Notes under the pieces: generated by a model | What the model was told of the DNA's origin: nothing | Database searches by the model: none | The model's input: the letters and a program-made list of their open reading frames with translations, nothing else | Program-made: the position numbers and the translations under genes | In this document: positions 38,863 to 48,459 of the stretch, one piece after another | Layout of the letters: the number at the start of each line of letters is the position of its first letter | How positions within the stretch are numbered: position 1 is the stretch's first letter | Source of the DNA: Vicinamibacteria bacterium | GTDB taxonomy: Bacteria > Acidobacteriota > Vicinamibacteria > Marinacidobacterales > Marinacidobacteraceae | Direction of reading: 5' to 3' | Length of the DNA stretch: 64,000 nucleotides | Assembly (NCBI GenBank): GCA_963422395.1 | Contig: OY729431.1 | Span: forward strand, 2,368,001 to 2,432,000

Positions 38863-41397
38863 TTAGTCGGCCAGGACCTGCAGCGGCTTTCTGCGGAGGA
38901 CATCGGCGGCGGCGAGCGCCCCCACTGCGGCAGCCCCGGCCGCTGGAAGAAGGATCGCGAGCCCGGCGAGCCGCATTTCCACCTCGAAGGGCAGGTTCAT
39001 GACCTGCCGGACGACGAAGAGCGCGGTCACCGCGGCGAAGAGCCCGGCTGCGCCCCCGGCGAGCGCGCCGATGGCGCCGTGTTCGAGCAGGGTGACCGCC
39101 AGCACCCGCCGGCGGCCCGCTCCGAAGACCCGGAGCACCGCGGTCTCGCGGCGGCGGGCGCCGATGTGCACCGCGACGGTGCCGATGAGGATGAGCAGGC
39201 CGCCGGCCATCGCGATGAGGCCGACGATCCGGATCGCGAGCGCCACGCTGTCGGCCACCTGCTGCATGGTGTCGAGCACATCCCGAAGATCCACCACCGT
39301 CACATTGGGGAACTCTCCGACCAGCGCCCCCTGGAAGCGCGCCCGTTCGAGGGCGCCGTCGGGGCCCCGGACGAAGCCGGCGTAGGTCATCGGGAAGCCC
39401 CGGAAGTTGTCGGGATGGAAGAGGAAGGTGAACCCGCCGTTCCGAGCGTTTCTCCACTCCACATCGCGCATCGAGGTCACCGTCGCGTCGAGGATCTCCC
39501 CGAGGATCTCGAAGCGCATCGTGTCTCCGACGCGGAGGCCGTAGTCGTCCATCAGCCAGTTCTCGACGGACACCTCGATCCCGTCAGCGGAGCGCTCACC
39601 CCAGAATTCGCCGGCGATCAGCGATTCGTTGTCCTCCAGGAAGGACCGGGAACTGACGGTGTACTCGCGGGAGAGCCCCCCGGCAGAGCGCACTGCAGCG
39701 CGGTCTGCGAGCCGGATGTTCTCGCCGAAGATGCCGTGGATCCGCGCCTGCATCACCGGGATCAGCCGGATGTCGGGCGCTCCGCCCGCCGCCGCGCTCG
39801 CCCGAACGGCTTCGAGCTGGTCCGCCTGGATGTCGAGGAAGAACAGATCCGGAGCCTCGCGGTCCGCCTCGAAGGCGAACTCGCGCCGCAGGTTGCGTTC
39901 GATCTGCACGGCGGTGAGCACCAGGAAGATCCCCACGCCGAGCGAGACCAGCACCACCCGCAGCTGCCGCCCGCCGCGGAGGACGGTCCGCACCGCATGG
40001 CGGAGCGCGAAGGCGCGGGCGTTCGCGAGCGGCGCGAGAACCCGGAGCAGCAGTCCGCCCAGAACCCACAGCACGAGGGCCGCCCCGAGGAAGCCTCCGG
40101 TGACCGCCAGAGTGATCGCGGGCGAACCGGACTGCCAGCTGGCGAGACCGAAGAAGGCCGCTGCGGCGAGCGCGAACACCGCCCACTCCGCCGGGCGGGT
40201 TCGGGAGGAGCCGGCCTCCCCGTCGAGCATCTCCCCACTCCGCAGCAGACCGAGCGGCCGCACTCGACCGAGCGGCAGCAGCGGAAAAGCCGCCGAGAAC
40301 AGGGACACCAGGGCTCCGGTGAAGACCCCCTGGAGAGCGGCGGCCGGGGTCAGCCGCGCGGCCACCTGGACACCGCTGATCTCCACCGCCGGGATGAAGA
40401 GCCCGAGCGCCGCCGCCCCGAGGGCGATCCCGAAGCCACCAGCGAGGGCGGCGAGCGCCAGCACCTGCAGCAGAGCGATCGACAGGATGCTCCGGGAGGA
40501 GGCCCCGAGACAGCGCAGGGTCGCCGCCGAAGGCAGGCTCTGGCGGGTGAAGGCGCGGGCGGCGCTGAAGACGCCCACCCCGCCCAGCACCAGGATCACG
40601 AAACCGGCGAGGCTCAGATAGTCCTCCCCTCGGCGAATCCGGCGGGCAAGCCGGTCCCCCGTCTGGCGGAAAGTGCGGACCCGAACCGGAAGGTCGTCGA
40701 GCGCGCTCCGCAGGTCCGCCGCCAGCTCGGACGCCGCCGCCTCCGATTCCACGGCGAACAGCACCTCGCGCCGGCCGCGCGAGGGCCCCGCGAGCAGACC
40801 GGTTCCCCGCAGGTCGGAGAGGGAGACGAGCACTCGGGGGCCGCGGCGGAAGAAGTCGAGCCCCGCCCCCGGCTCCCGGAGCAGGTCTCCCCGAATTTCG
40901 AACGGCTCGCCGCCCAGGAGGATGGCGTCCCCGATCTCGAGGCCCAGGCGGGTCCGCACCTCAGGGCGCGCAAGCGCGCCGCGCCCGACGAGGAGGTCGG
41001 GACCGTAGGCGGCGCCCTCGATCTCCATCTCTCCGTAGAGCGGGAAGGCGTCGTCCACTCCCTTGAGCTCCACCATCGCCGCGCGGAGCGGATCGGCGGC
41101 GGAACGGGCCAAGGTGGCGATCTGGGCCGAACGCGCTACCCCGGTGAGCGGGTGGACCCCCGCCGCGTCGTCGAGGACGGCTTCGGTTTCGGGGTCGAAG
41201 CCCTCGGAAGTCGAAACCGCCACATCGCCGGCCATCAGGAAGCGCGATTCGCTCCGGAGCGCCGCCCGCAGGCTGTCCGCCGCCGAGCGGAGCACCACGA
41301 TCGCCGCCACCCCGATCCCGACGGCGAGGAAGAAGAGCGAGAGTCGGCGGGCGGAGGAGCGGAGTTCGCGCGCCGCCATCCGCAGGGCGAAACGCAT
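38863..41397 (-). CDS. ABC transporter permease (YbbP-like)
   Basis: MAARELRSS, two FtsX-like halves, PDLFFLDIQ. Confidence 0.92.
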   Translation of the reverse strand: MRFALRMAARELRSSARRLSLFFLAVGIGVAAIVVLRSAADSLRAALRSESRFLMAGDVAVSTSEGFDPETEAVLDDAAGVHPLTGVARSAQIATLARSAADPLRAAMVELKGVDDAFPLYGEMEIEGAAYGPDLLVGRGALARPEVRTRLGLEIGDAILLGGEPFEIRGDLLREPGAGLDFFRRGPRVLVSLSDLRGTGLLAGPSRGRREVLFAVESEAAASELAADLRSALDDLPVRVRTFRQTGDRLARRIRRGEDYLSLAGFVILVLGGVGVFSAARAFTRQSLPSAATLRCLGASSRSILSIALLQVLALAALAGGFGIALGAAALGLFIPAVEISGVQVAARLTPAAALQGVFTGALVSLFSAAFPLLPLGRVRPLGLLRSGEMLDGEAGSSRTRPAEWAVFALAAAAFFGLASWQSGSPAITLAVTGGFLGAALVLWVLGGLLLRVLAPLANARAFALRHAVRTVLRGGRQLRVVLVSLGVGIFLVLTAVQIERNLRREFAFEADREAPDLFFLDIQADQLEAVRASAAAGGAPDIRLIPVMQARIHGIFGENIRLADRAAVRSAGGLSREYTVSSRSFLEDNESLIAGEFWGERSADGIEVSVENWLMDDYGLRVGDTMRFEILGEILDATVTSMRDVEWRNARNGGFTFLFHPDNFRGFPMTYAGFVRGPDGALERARFQGALVGEFPNVTVVDLRDVLDTMQQVADSVALAIRIVGLIAMAGGLLILIGTVAVHIGARRRETAVLRVFGAGRRRVLAVTLLEHGAIGALAGGAAGLFAAVTALFVVRQVMNLPFEVEMRLAGLAILLPAAGAAAVGALAAADVLRRKPLQVLAD

Positions 41398-41424
41398 CGG
41401 ATGGCTTCCGGAAACTCTGGGGGA

Positions 41425-42135
41425 TCAGGCGCTGGCGAGCGCCGGCGCAGGAGGGGAGAGGAGGGGAGGAGCGGTTTCCTCGTGGAGCCGTCCTCCCCGC
41501 AGCGAGAGCCGCCGGTCGGCGCGGGTGGCGAGCTCGGCGTCGTGGGTCGCCACCACCACCGCCGCTCCGGTCCGCTCGCGCACTCCGACCAGGAGTTCGG
41601 CGATCCGCGCCCCGGTCTCCTCGTCGAGGTTGCCGGTGGGTTCGTCGGCGAGCACCAGCCGCGGCTCGTTCGAGATCGCCCGCGCGATGGCCACCCGCTG
41701 CTGTTCGCCCCCGGACATCTGCGAGGGGAGGTGGTGCGCGCGCTCCGCGAGACCGAAGGATTCGAGCAGCGCCTGCGCCCGCTCGTGGGCGCCGGAGACT
41801 CCGGCGATCTCCAGCGGAACCCCTACATTCTCGAGCGCGGTCAGGTTGGGGAGCAGATGGAACGACTGGAAGACGAAGCCGAGGTGGCGGGAGCGGAAGA
41901 GCGCCAGTCGCTCCTCGTCGAGGGTCGAGAGGTCGACTCCGGCGACTTGCACGACTCCGGCCGTGGGGTGGTCGAGGCCCGCGAGCAGCCCGAGCAGCGT
42001 GGACTTGCCGCTCCCGGAAGGGCCGCGCACGCAGACGAACTCGCCGGCCTCCACCGCGAAATCGAGCCCGCTCAGGATGGTGAGATCGCGGTCCCCGCTC
42101 CGAACGGTCTTCCGAAGGCCTTCCGCCTGGATCAT
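41425..42135 (-). CDS. ABC transporter ATP-binding protein (YbbA-like)
   Basis: GPSGSGKST, MSGGEQQRVA, ADEPTGNLD. Confidence 0.95.
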   Translation of the reverse strand: MIQAEGLRKTVRSGDRDLTILSGLDFAVEAGEFVCVRGPSGSGKSTLLGLLAGLDHPTAGVVQVAGVDLSTLDEERLALFRSRHLGFVFQSFHLLPNLTALENVGVPLEIAGVSGAHERAQALLESFGLAERAHHLPSQMSGGEQQRVAIARAISNEPRLVLADEPTGNLDEETGARIAELLVGVRERTGAAVVVATHDAELATRADRRLSLRGGRLHEETAPPLLSPPAPALASA

Positions 42136-42212
42136 GAGTGACGAGCCGGTGGGGAAGCGCCCGTCCGCACCGGCTCACCGGAATCTTGCCACGAGTGGGT
42201 CCTGCCAAGACG

Positions 42213-42484
42213 CTCCCCCCACCGGCCTGATGGCTCGAATCGCTCCGCGATTCGAGCCAATTCCCTCTCGAAAAAAGGGACATCCCTCTACGAAGCGCCA
42301 CTCCCCGCCGCTTCCTCGATCCCCCTGGAAAAAGCGCCCCGCGTCCGCACTGGCGCGCCGGGATCTCGACTCGAGGCCTCTTTTCTTCGTCATACCCCCG
42401 CACGGTACTCCCCCCACCGGACCGATATCTCGAATCGCGGATCGATTCGAGCCACCTCCCTCTTCTAAAAAAGGGACATCCCTC
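42213..42484. repeat. Two ~76-bp imperfect direct repeats with conserved hairpin (42213-42288, 42408-42484)
   Basis: CTCCCCCCACCGG-N8-CTCGAATCG-N5-CGATTCGAGCCA...AAAAAAGGGACATCCCTC in both copies. Confidence 0.85.
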
Positions 42485-42615
42485 CCCCCCGAAACCCACC
42501 CCGAGCTCCGCGCCGCCGCCGCAGCCCGTGGATGGAGCGGCGCGAGCCTCCACGCGGGTGCGGCTTCGCGTGCTGCCCCGATTCTCCCCGGACTGCCGAC
42601 CTTCGCCACCGCTGG

Positions 42616-43359
42616 TCAGGGCCTCTCCGGCTCCGTGAGCAGGAGGGGGCGGAGGGCCGCCAGCACATTCGCGGCGAGGCGGCGGGCGCCCTCGGGATTC
42701 GGGTGGATCCGGTCGGGCTGGTTCTTTTCGGGGATTCCGGCCACTCCTTCGAGGAGATTCGGGAGCAGCGGCACTCCAGTCCCGGCGGCCACCGCAGCGA
42801 ACACCGCGCCGAACTCCGCTTCGTAGTCGCGGCCGAGCTCCGGGGGCGCGGGAACTCCGGCGAGCAGCACCCCGAGACCGCGTTCCTGCGCCTCGTCGAT
42901 CATGCCCCGGAGGCTCTCCTCCATCACCCGAACCGGCACTCCGCGGAGCCCGTCGTTGCCGCCGAGCGCGATGACGATCAGCACGGCGCTGGGCTCCCGA
43001 TCGAGCACCCAGGGGAGGCGGCGGAGCCCTCCCGAGGTCGTCTCCCCGGAAACTCCGGCATTCACCACCCGGTAACCGAACCGGGAGTCGTCGAGCAGCC
43101 GCTGGAGCCGCGCCGGCCAGGCCTCCGCTGCCTCGATGCCGTACCCGGCGGTGAGGCTGTCTCCGAAGGCGAGGAGCACCGGACGAGGGTCCGATGGATC
43201 CGCTTCCGGAACCGGGGGAACAGCCGCCGCCCTGCCCCCCGGGGACCGCTCTTCGGGAGGAGGCGGAATCGCTTCCCCGCAGCTCCCCGCGAGCGGTACG
43301 AAGAGTCCGGCGAGCAGGGCCGCGAGGGGCAGCCGGCGGTGGGAGGGAGGCGGAAACAC
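42616..43359 (-). CDS. tesA: Arylesterase, GDSL/SGNH lipoprotein
   Basis: FGDSLTAGYG, NAGVSGETTSGG, LGGNDGLRG, DRIHPN. Confidence 0.9.
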   Translation of the reverse strand: MFPPPSHRRLPLAALLAGLFVPLAGSCGEAIPPPPEERSPGGRAAAVPPVPEADPSDPRPVLLAFGDSLTAGYGIEAAEAWPARLQRLLDDSRFGYRVVNAGVSGETTSGGLRRLPWVLDREPSAVLIVIALGGNDGLRGVPVRVMEESLRGMIDEAQERGLGVLLAGVPAPPELGRDYEAEFGAVFAAVAAGTGVPLLPNLLEGVAGIPEKNQPDRIHPNPEGARRLAANVLAALRPLLLTEPERP

Positions 43360-43508
43360 GGGGGCGGGGAAAAACGGTTAGGAACGCCTCGGACCCATCG
43401 CGGAATGCGGGCGAACGGGCAGCACCCCCGGGGTGCCTCCCGGGGCGGTTCCCGGCGAACTCCCGACGAAGGCAGGCGAAGAATACCCCCGTAGAATCCG
43501 CACCGCCG

Positions 43509-43931
43509 ATGGCCGAAGCTGGGTCCCGCGAGCCGCGCTCGGTCGTGTTCCTCTGCGTCGCCAACTCGGCGCGCAGTCAGCTCGCCGAGGGGATCGCGCG
43601 CCAGCTCGCTCCCCCGGGAATCTCGGTGATGAGTGCCGGATCGAATCCTTGGCGAGTCCATCCGGTAGCGGTCCAGGTGCTCGCCGAGCAGGGAATCGAT
43701 ATCTCCGAGGCGCGAGCCCGGAGCGTCGACGAGATCCCCATCGAGGACGCGGACCTGGTGGTCACGCTCTGTGTCGAGGAAGTGTGTCCCCGGGTGCCTC
43801 CGGAGGTTCGCCGGCTGCACTGGCCCCTCGCCGACCCGGCGGAAGCGATCGGCGAGGGGGAGATGCTCCACCGGTTCCGCGAGACCCGCGACCTGCTGCG
43901 AGAGAAGATCGCTGCCCTCTTCGCCCGGTAG
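43509..43931 (+). CDS. arsC: LMW-PTP family arsenate reductase-like protein
   Basis: FLCVANSARSQLAEG, VVTLC, HWPLADPA; TAGAAT -10-like box at 43492. Confidence 0.85.
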   Translation: MAEAGSREPRSVVFLCVANSARSQLAEGIARQLAPPGISVMSAGSNPWRVHPVAVQVLAEQGIDISEARARSVDEIPIEDADLVVTLCVEEVCPRVPPEVRRLHWPLADPAEAIGEGEMLHRFRETRDLLREKIAALFAR

Positions 43932-44405
43932 CAGCAACCTGATCTATGCGGTCAGTCCGTCGCCCGAAGAGGCCGAAAAGCGCCGGCTTGCGGTCGAACT
44001 GCTGAGGCGAGATGACCTCGCCGTTTCGGTCCAGGTGCTTAGCAGCCTGTGGACAAAGTCACACGGCCAAAGGCCGGCGATGCCCAGTTCTTTGGGCTCG
44101 CGCCACTTCATCCACAGGCTGCTAAGGAGTTCCATTCCCAGATCACGGGGCCGACCCGTACCGAGCCGCTGACCGCCTCGCAGGCGCTGCGCTTCCTCGA
44201 TTCGATCCGTGCCTTCCCCGTCCAGGAGCTCACCCTCGCCGTGTTTCGAGCCGTGGTGGCGATCAGCCGCCAATTCCGACTCTCATACTGGGATGGGGCG
44301 ATTCTGGCGGCGGCGCGCGAGTCCGGCTGTAAAGCGGTGTACTCCGAGGATCTCAGCGACGAGCAGGACTACGGCGGCCTGCAGGTGATCGATCCTTTTC
44401 GCTAG
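43932..44405 (+). pseudogene. PIN-domain toxin, 5'-truncated and split by a MITE
   Basis: NLIYA...SVQVL[MITE]KEFHSQIT...LSYWDGAILAAARESGC..VYSEDL...IDPF. Confidence 0.85.
44039..44125. mobile_element. MITE family A, copy 3 (87 bp, internal hairpin missing)
   Basis: TTAGCAGCCTGTGGACAAAGT ... ACTTCATCCACAGGCTGCTAA; TA duplication. Confidence 0.9.
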
Positions 44406-44449
44406 CGGACCCGAACCGCTGGCCGGAGCGCGCTCGCGGAGGGGACGGG

Positions 44450-45502
44450 TTACCAGATGTCTCCGATGGTGAAGCCCTCGGGGAACGGATCGGAGGGGTC
44501 CACCGAGTACTGGGCGATCCCGGTGATCCAGGCGGCACCGCTGATCCGGGGGACCACTGCGGGCACGCCGCCGATGGTAGTTTCCCGGAGCAGCCGGCCC
44601 ACGAACTCGGTGCCCACCGGGCCGAAGTTGTGGAAGTCCTCGCCGATCTCCAGCTCGCCGCGGGCGTGGAGCACCGCCATCCGGGCCGAAGTGCCGGTAC
44701 CGCAGGGAGAGCGGTCGAGCGCTCCGGTCCAGGTCTCGGGCCGCTCCCAGTCGAGCTCGCCGGTCGCCACCGACACCGCGTTCGAGGCGGTCCGGGTGCC
44801 CGGGTCCCAGGGGCCCGCCAGCTGTCCGATACTCGCCCGCCGGATCTCGGGGTTTTCGGGGTGGACCGCCTCGATCTGCTCCCTCGCCGCCTGCTTCACC
44901 ATCGCCCCGACCCGCGCCAACTCGCGCCCGTTCTCCGGAACGATCTCCAGGCCGAAGCGCGCCGCGTCGGCGATCGCATAGAACATCCCGCCCCAGGCGA
45001 CATCCACTTCCACCGCACCGAAAGTCGGCACCTCGATCTTCGCCCCCAGGTGGACCGGGAAAGCCGGCACATTCTCGAAGGTGACCCGCGTCACCTTGCC
45101 GCCCTCGACGCGGGCCTCGACTTCGATGAGCCCCGCCGGGGTCTCGAGGACCAGCTCGGTGACCGGCTCCTGCGCGGGCACCATCCCCGTTTCGAGGAGC
45201 GCGGTGACCGTGCACATGGTGTTCGTGCCCGACATCGGCGGGTACTCGGTCTGCTCCATGATGACGAAGCCGGCGTCGGCATCGGGATGAGTCGGCGGGA
45301 GGATCAGGTTGCAGTTGGCCGCCGGAAAGCCCCGCGGTTCCCGGAGCATGAGCTTCCGAAGCCCGTCGGCGTTTCGCTCCAGATGCTGCATCTTGCGGAA
45401 CATCGTCTCACCGGGGACATCCAGCACCCCGCCGACGATCACCCGCCCCGGCTCCCCGCCGGCATGGAGATCCACCGCCTGGATCAATCGCTTCGACCGC
45501 AT
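44450..45502 (-). CDS. Proline racemase superfamily protein (Ser/Cys dyad)
   Basis: HAGGEPGRV, EPRG, YPPMSGTN, DRSPCGTGTSA. Confidence 0.93.
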   Translation of the reverse strand: MRSKRLIQAVDLHAGGEPGRVIVGGVLDVPGETMFRKMQHLERNADGLRKLMLREPRGFPAANCNLILPPTHPDADAGFVIMEQTEYPPMSGTNTMCTVTALLETGMVPAQEPVTELVLETPAGLIEVEARVEGGKVTRVTFENVPAFPVHLGAKIEVPTFGAVEVDVAWGGMFYAIADAARFGLEIVPENGRELARVGAMVKQAAREQIEAVHPENPEIRRASIGQLAGPWDPGTRTASNAVSVATGELDWERPETWTGALDRSPCGTGTSARMAVLHARGELEIGEDFHNFGPVGTEFVGRLLRETTIGGVPAVVPRISGAAWITGIAQYSVDPSDPFPEGFTIGDIW

Positions 45503-45532
45503 GGGACTCTCCCTCGCTTCGGGGTACGCCGC

Positions 45533-45820
45533 TCAGGCGCTTCCCCCATCCGCAGCCGCCTCTTCTTCCGCAGCCGCCCGATCCGCGCACGCGGCGGAAC
45601 AGAAGGTGCGGCCGCCGCGGATCTCCGCCCGTTTCCCGGGGACATGGAGATCGCAGCGTTCGCAGCGTACGACTTCGCCGCGCAGCTCCGCCGCCCCGCC
45701 CGGCGGTCCGGTTCGGGGCGGGAACTCCCGGGAAGCGCGGCTCACGAACAGGGCCCGAAGGATCCGCCACCCCACCCGGGCCAGCAGCAGGACCAGCAGG
45801 ACCTGGAGAAAACGGATCAT
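45533..45820 (-). CDS. PP0621-like small membrane protein with Cys cluster
   Basis: N-terminal TM; VRCERCDLHVP...FCSAAC. Confidence 0.75.
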   Translation of the reverse strand: MIRFLQVLLVLLLARVGWRILRALFVSRASREFPPRTGPPGGAAELRGEVVRCERCDLHVPGKRAEIRGGRTFCSAACADRAAAEEEAAADGGSA

Positions 45821-45944
45821 GCGCGGACCGTCATCTTAGGGGCGGATCGAACGAAGGGCCGTTCACCCCCCACCGCTCGCCGGCCCCCCGGCGGGACGCG
45901 CGCCTCTACCATCTAGTCGGAAAGAGACAATCCGAGGACGCTCC

Positions 45945-48437
45945 ATGTTCCATGAAACGATCGAAGCGCTGAAGAGCCTCGCCAAGCGGCCGGGGTTCAC
46001 CCTGCTGGTCTGCCTCCCGCTCGGGCTGGGCATCGGGGCTGCCTCGACGGTGTTCTCGGCGGTCTCCGGGGTACTGCTCCGGGCCTCGCCGTTCGCCGAA
46101 CCGGACCGGTTGGTGCAGATCTGGGAGCACCGCCCCCGCCTGCCGATGCCGGAGGAGGCCGCGGCGTTTTCGACGGACCACTTCCGGCGCTGGCGGGAAG
46201 CGAACACCGTGTTCGAGGGCATGGCGATGTACGGCGACCTGCCGATCGCCTACCGGGGACTCGCCGCGGACCCCGGCGAGCCGCGTCCGCTCTCGGCCGA
46301 ACGGATTTCGCCGGAGCTCTTCGAGGTTCTGGGCGTCCAGCCCGCGCTCGGGCGCGGGTTCCGGCCCGAGGAAGGCTCTCCGGGGAGAGACGGCGTGGTC
46401 GTGCTGGGGGACGCCTTCTGGAGGCGCGAGTTCGGGAGCGACCGCGGCATCCTCGGCGCGGCGCTCCGGCTGAACGACCAGAGTTTCGAAGTCGTCGGGG
46501 TCATGCCCCGCGGGTTCGGCTTTCCCGTTCCCGGAACCGACCTCTACCTTCCCTATCCGTTCGAGCCGCCCGCCGATCTCCAGCCCGGGCAGGTGCGCCT
46601 CGAGCTCGTCCAGGTGGTGGGCCGGCTCGGCGACGGAGTCACCATCGAGCAGGCGGAGGCCGAGGCAGCCGCGCTCATCTCCCGGCTGAGCGAGGAGAGC
46701 GATATCCAGCGGATGCTCAACGATGGAGTCACGGTCCATCTCACTTCGTTCACCGAGCAGGCCACCCGGCGCATCCGCGATCCACTGGTCGCGCTCTTCG
46801 GGGTGACCCTGCTGGTACTGCTGATCGCCTGCGGCAATGCGGCGAATCTGCTGCTGACCCGCGCCGCCGGGCGGGAGCGCGAACTCGCAGTCCGCAGCGC
46901 CCTCGGCGCGGAACGGCCGCGGCTCGTTCGCCGGCTGTTCCTCGAAAGCCTGCTGCTCGCCGCCGGAGCCGGGGCCGTCGGCATCCTGTTGGCCGGCGGG
47001 GGCGCAGCCCTGGTGCGCTCGCTGACCGTCCTCGGGCTGCCGCAACTCGCCGCTGCCCGGGTGGATGCCGCCGTCGTCGCCTTCACCATTGCGGCGGCGG
47101 GGGCCGCGGCGGTCCTCTTCGGCACCCTCCCCGCACTCCGCGCCGCCTCCCGCGACCCGGCGGCGGCGCTCGGCGGCTCGGGGCGCGGCGACGGCGCCGG
47201 GCTGGGCGGCAGGGGCCGCAGCTTCGGAGCCCGGGGCCTCTTCGCCTCGCTGCAGCTCGCCCTCACTCTGCCGCTGCTCCTCGGGGCCGGCCTGCTGCTT
47301 CGGAGCTTTCTGGCCCTGGTCGCGGTGCCGCCGGGGTACGAGCCGAGACACACTGCGGTCTTCGATCTGCAGCTCTCCCCGGACCGCTATCCCGACGCGG
47401 AAGCCCGGCAAGCGCTGTTCGACCGGGTTCGGGAGACGCTGGCCGCGGTCCCCGGCGTTCTCCAGGTCGGCATCGTGGACACCCTGCCGCTCAGCGGAGA
47501 ACGGGCGGTGATCGGCTTCCAACGTCTCGGCGAAGAAGCAGAGACGGATCCCAATGCCGTGCCGCGCGCGCTGCTGCGCCGGGTCTCGCCGGGCTATTTC
47601 CGGGCGATGGGCATTCCGCTGGCCGCAGGCCGGGCGTTTTCCGAAGCCGACCGCACCGGCCCGCGGGTTTCCATCGTGAACCGGGCTCTCGTTGCGCGCT
47701 ATTTCGAAGATCCGCCGGTCGGCCTCGAGCTGCGGGGCCTCGGCGAGGTCATCGGGGTGGCGGGCGATGTCCTCGAAGCGGGAGTCGACACGCCGGCCGA
47801 GCCGATCCTCTACCTGCTGCGCGGCACCCTCCCGATGTCCGCTCCGGAGGGCGAGGTCGTCCGCGCGAGCGTGGTGATGCGCCACGCTCCGGGCGCCGCG
47901 GTGGCCGAGGCGGCTGCCGCCCGCGTCCGCGAACTGGACCCCGAACTGGCGGCGCTCGACCCGCGAACTCTCGAGGACCGAATCCGGGAATCGGTGGCGC
48001 AGCCGCGGCTCTACGCGCTGTTGCTCGGCGGCTTCGCGGCCGCCGCGGCGCTCCTCGCCGCTTGGGGCGTCTTCGGCGTCGTCAGCTTCTGGGCGAACAC
48101 CGGCATCCCGGCCCACGGAGTCCGCATGGCATTCGGGGCCGCTCCCGGGGACATCCGGCGGCTCGTCCTGCGGGGCGGGCTCCGGATCGCGGCACTCGGG
48201 CTGCTTCCCGGCATGCTGCTCGCCTGGTCCCTCTCCCGCGCTGCGGCGAGCGACCTCTCCCCGTTGCTCTTCGAGATCACTCCCCTCGACCCGGTGGTGT
48301 TCCTGCTGGTCCCGCTGGGTCTCCTCGCCGCGGTGCTGGCGGCCTCACTGCAGCCGGCCGCCGCCGCCGCCCGCCTCGATGTCGCCCAGGCGCTCCGCAC
48401 CGAGGCGGGGCGCAGCTCCGGGCCCCGCTTCGCTTGA
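45945..48437 (+). CDS. ADOP-type duplicated ABC permease
   Basis: RPGFT...LGLGIGA, LLIACGNAANLLLTRA, RELAVRSALGA, two MacB/FtsX halves. Confidence 0.92.
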   Translation: MFHETIEALKSLAKRPGFTLLVCLPLGLGIGAASTVFSAVSGVLLRASPFAEPDRLVQIWEHRPRLPMPEEAAAFSTDHFRRWREANTVFEGMAMYGDLPIAYRGLAADPGEPRPLSAERISPELFEVLGVQPALGRGFRPEEGSPGRDGVVVLGDAFWRREFGSDRGILGAALRLNDQSFEVVGVMPRGFGFPVPGTDLYLPYPFEPPADLQPGQVRLELVQVVGRLGDGVTIEQAEAEAAALISRLSEESDIQRMLNDGVTVHLTSFTEQATRRIRDPLVALFGVTLLVLLIACGNAANLLLTRAAGRERELAVRSALGAERPRLVRRLFLESLLLAAGAGAVGILLAGGGAALVRSLTVLGLPQLAAARVDAAVVAFTIAAAGAAAVLFGTLPALRAASRDPAAALGGSGRGDGAGLGGRGRSFGARGLFASLQLALTLPLLLGAGLLLRSFLALVAVPPGYEPRHTAVFDLQLSPDRYPDAEARQALFDRVRETLAAVPGVLQVGIVDTLPLSGERAVIGFQRLGEEAETDPNAVPRALLRRVSPGYFRAMGIPLAAGRAFSEADRTGPRVSIVNRALVARYFEDPPVGLELRGLGEVIGVAGDVLEAGVDTPAEPILYLLRGTLPMSAPEGEVVRASVVMRHAPGAAVAEAAAARVRELDPELAALDPRTLEDRIRESVAQPRLYALLLGGFAAAAALLAAWGVFGVVSFWANTGIPAHGVRMAFGAAPGDIRRLVLRGGLRIAALGLLPGMLLAWSLSRAAASDLSPLLFEITPLDPVVFLLVPLGLLAAVLAASLQPAAAAARLDVAQALRTEAGRSSGPRFA

Positions 48438-48459
48438 CGAATTTCTCTAGGATCCCTCG

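Noticed and set aside
42213-42484. CRISPR array
   Set aside because: Only two units, too long (~76 bp), with a ~120-bp spacer; no cas genes in the window.
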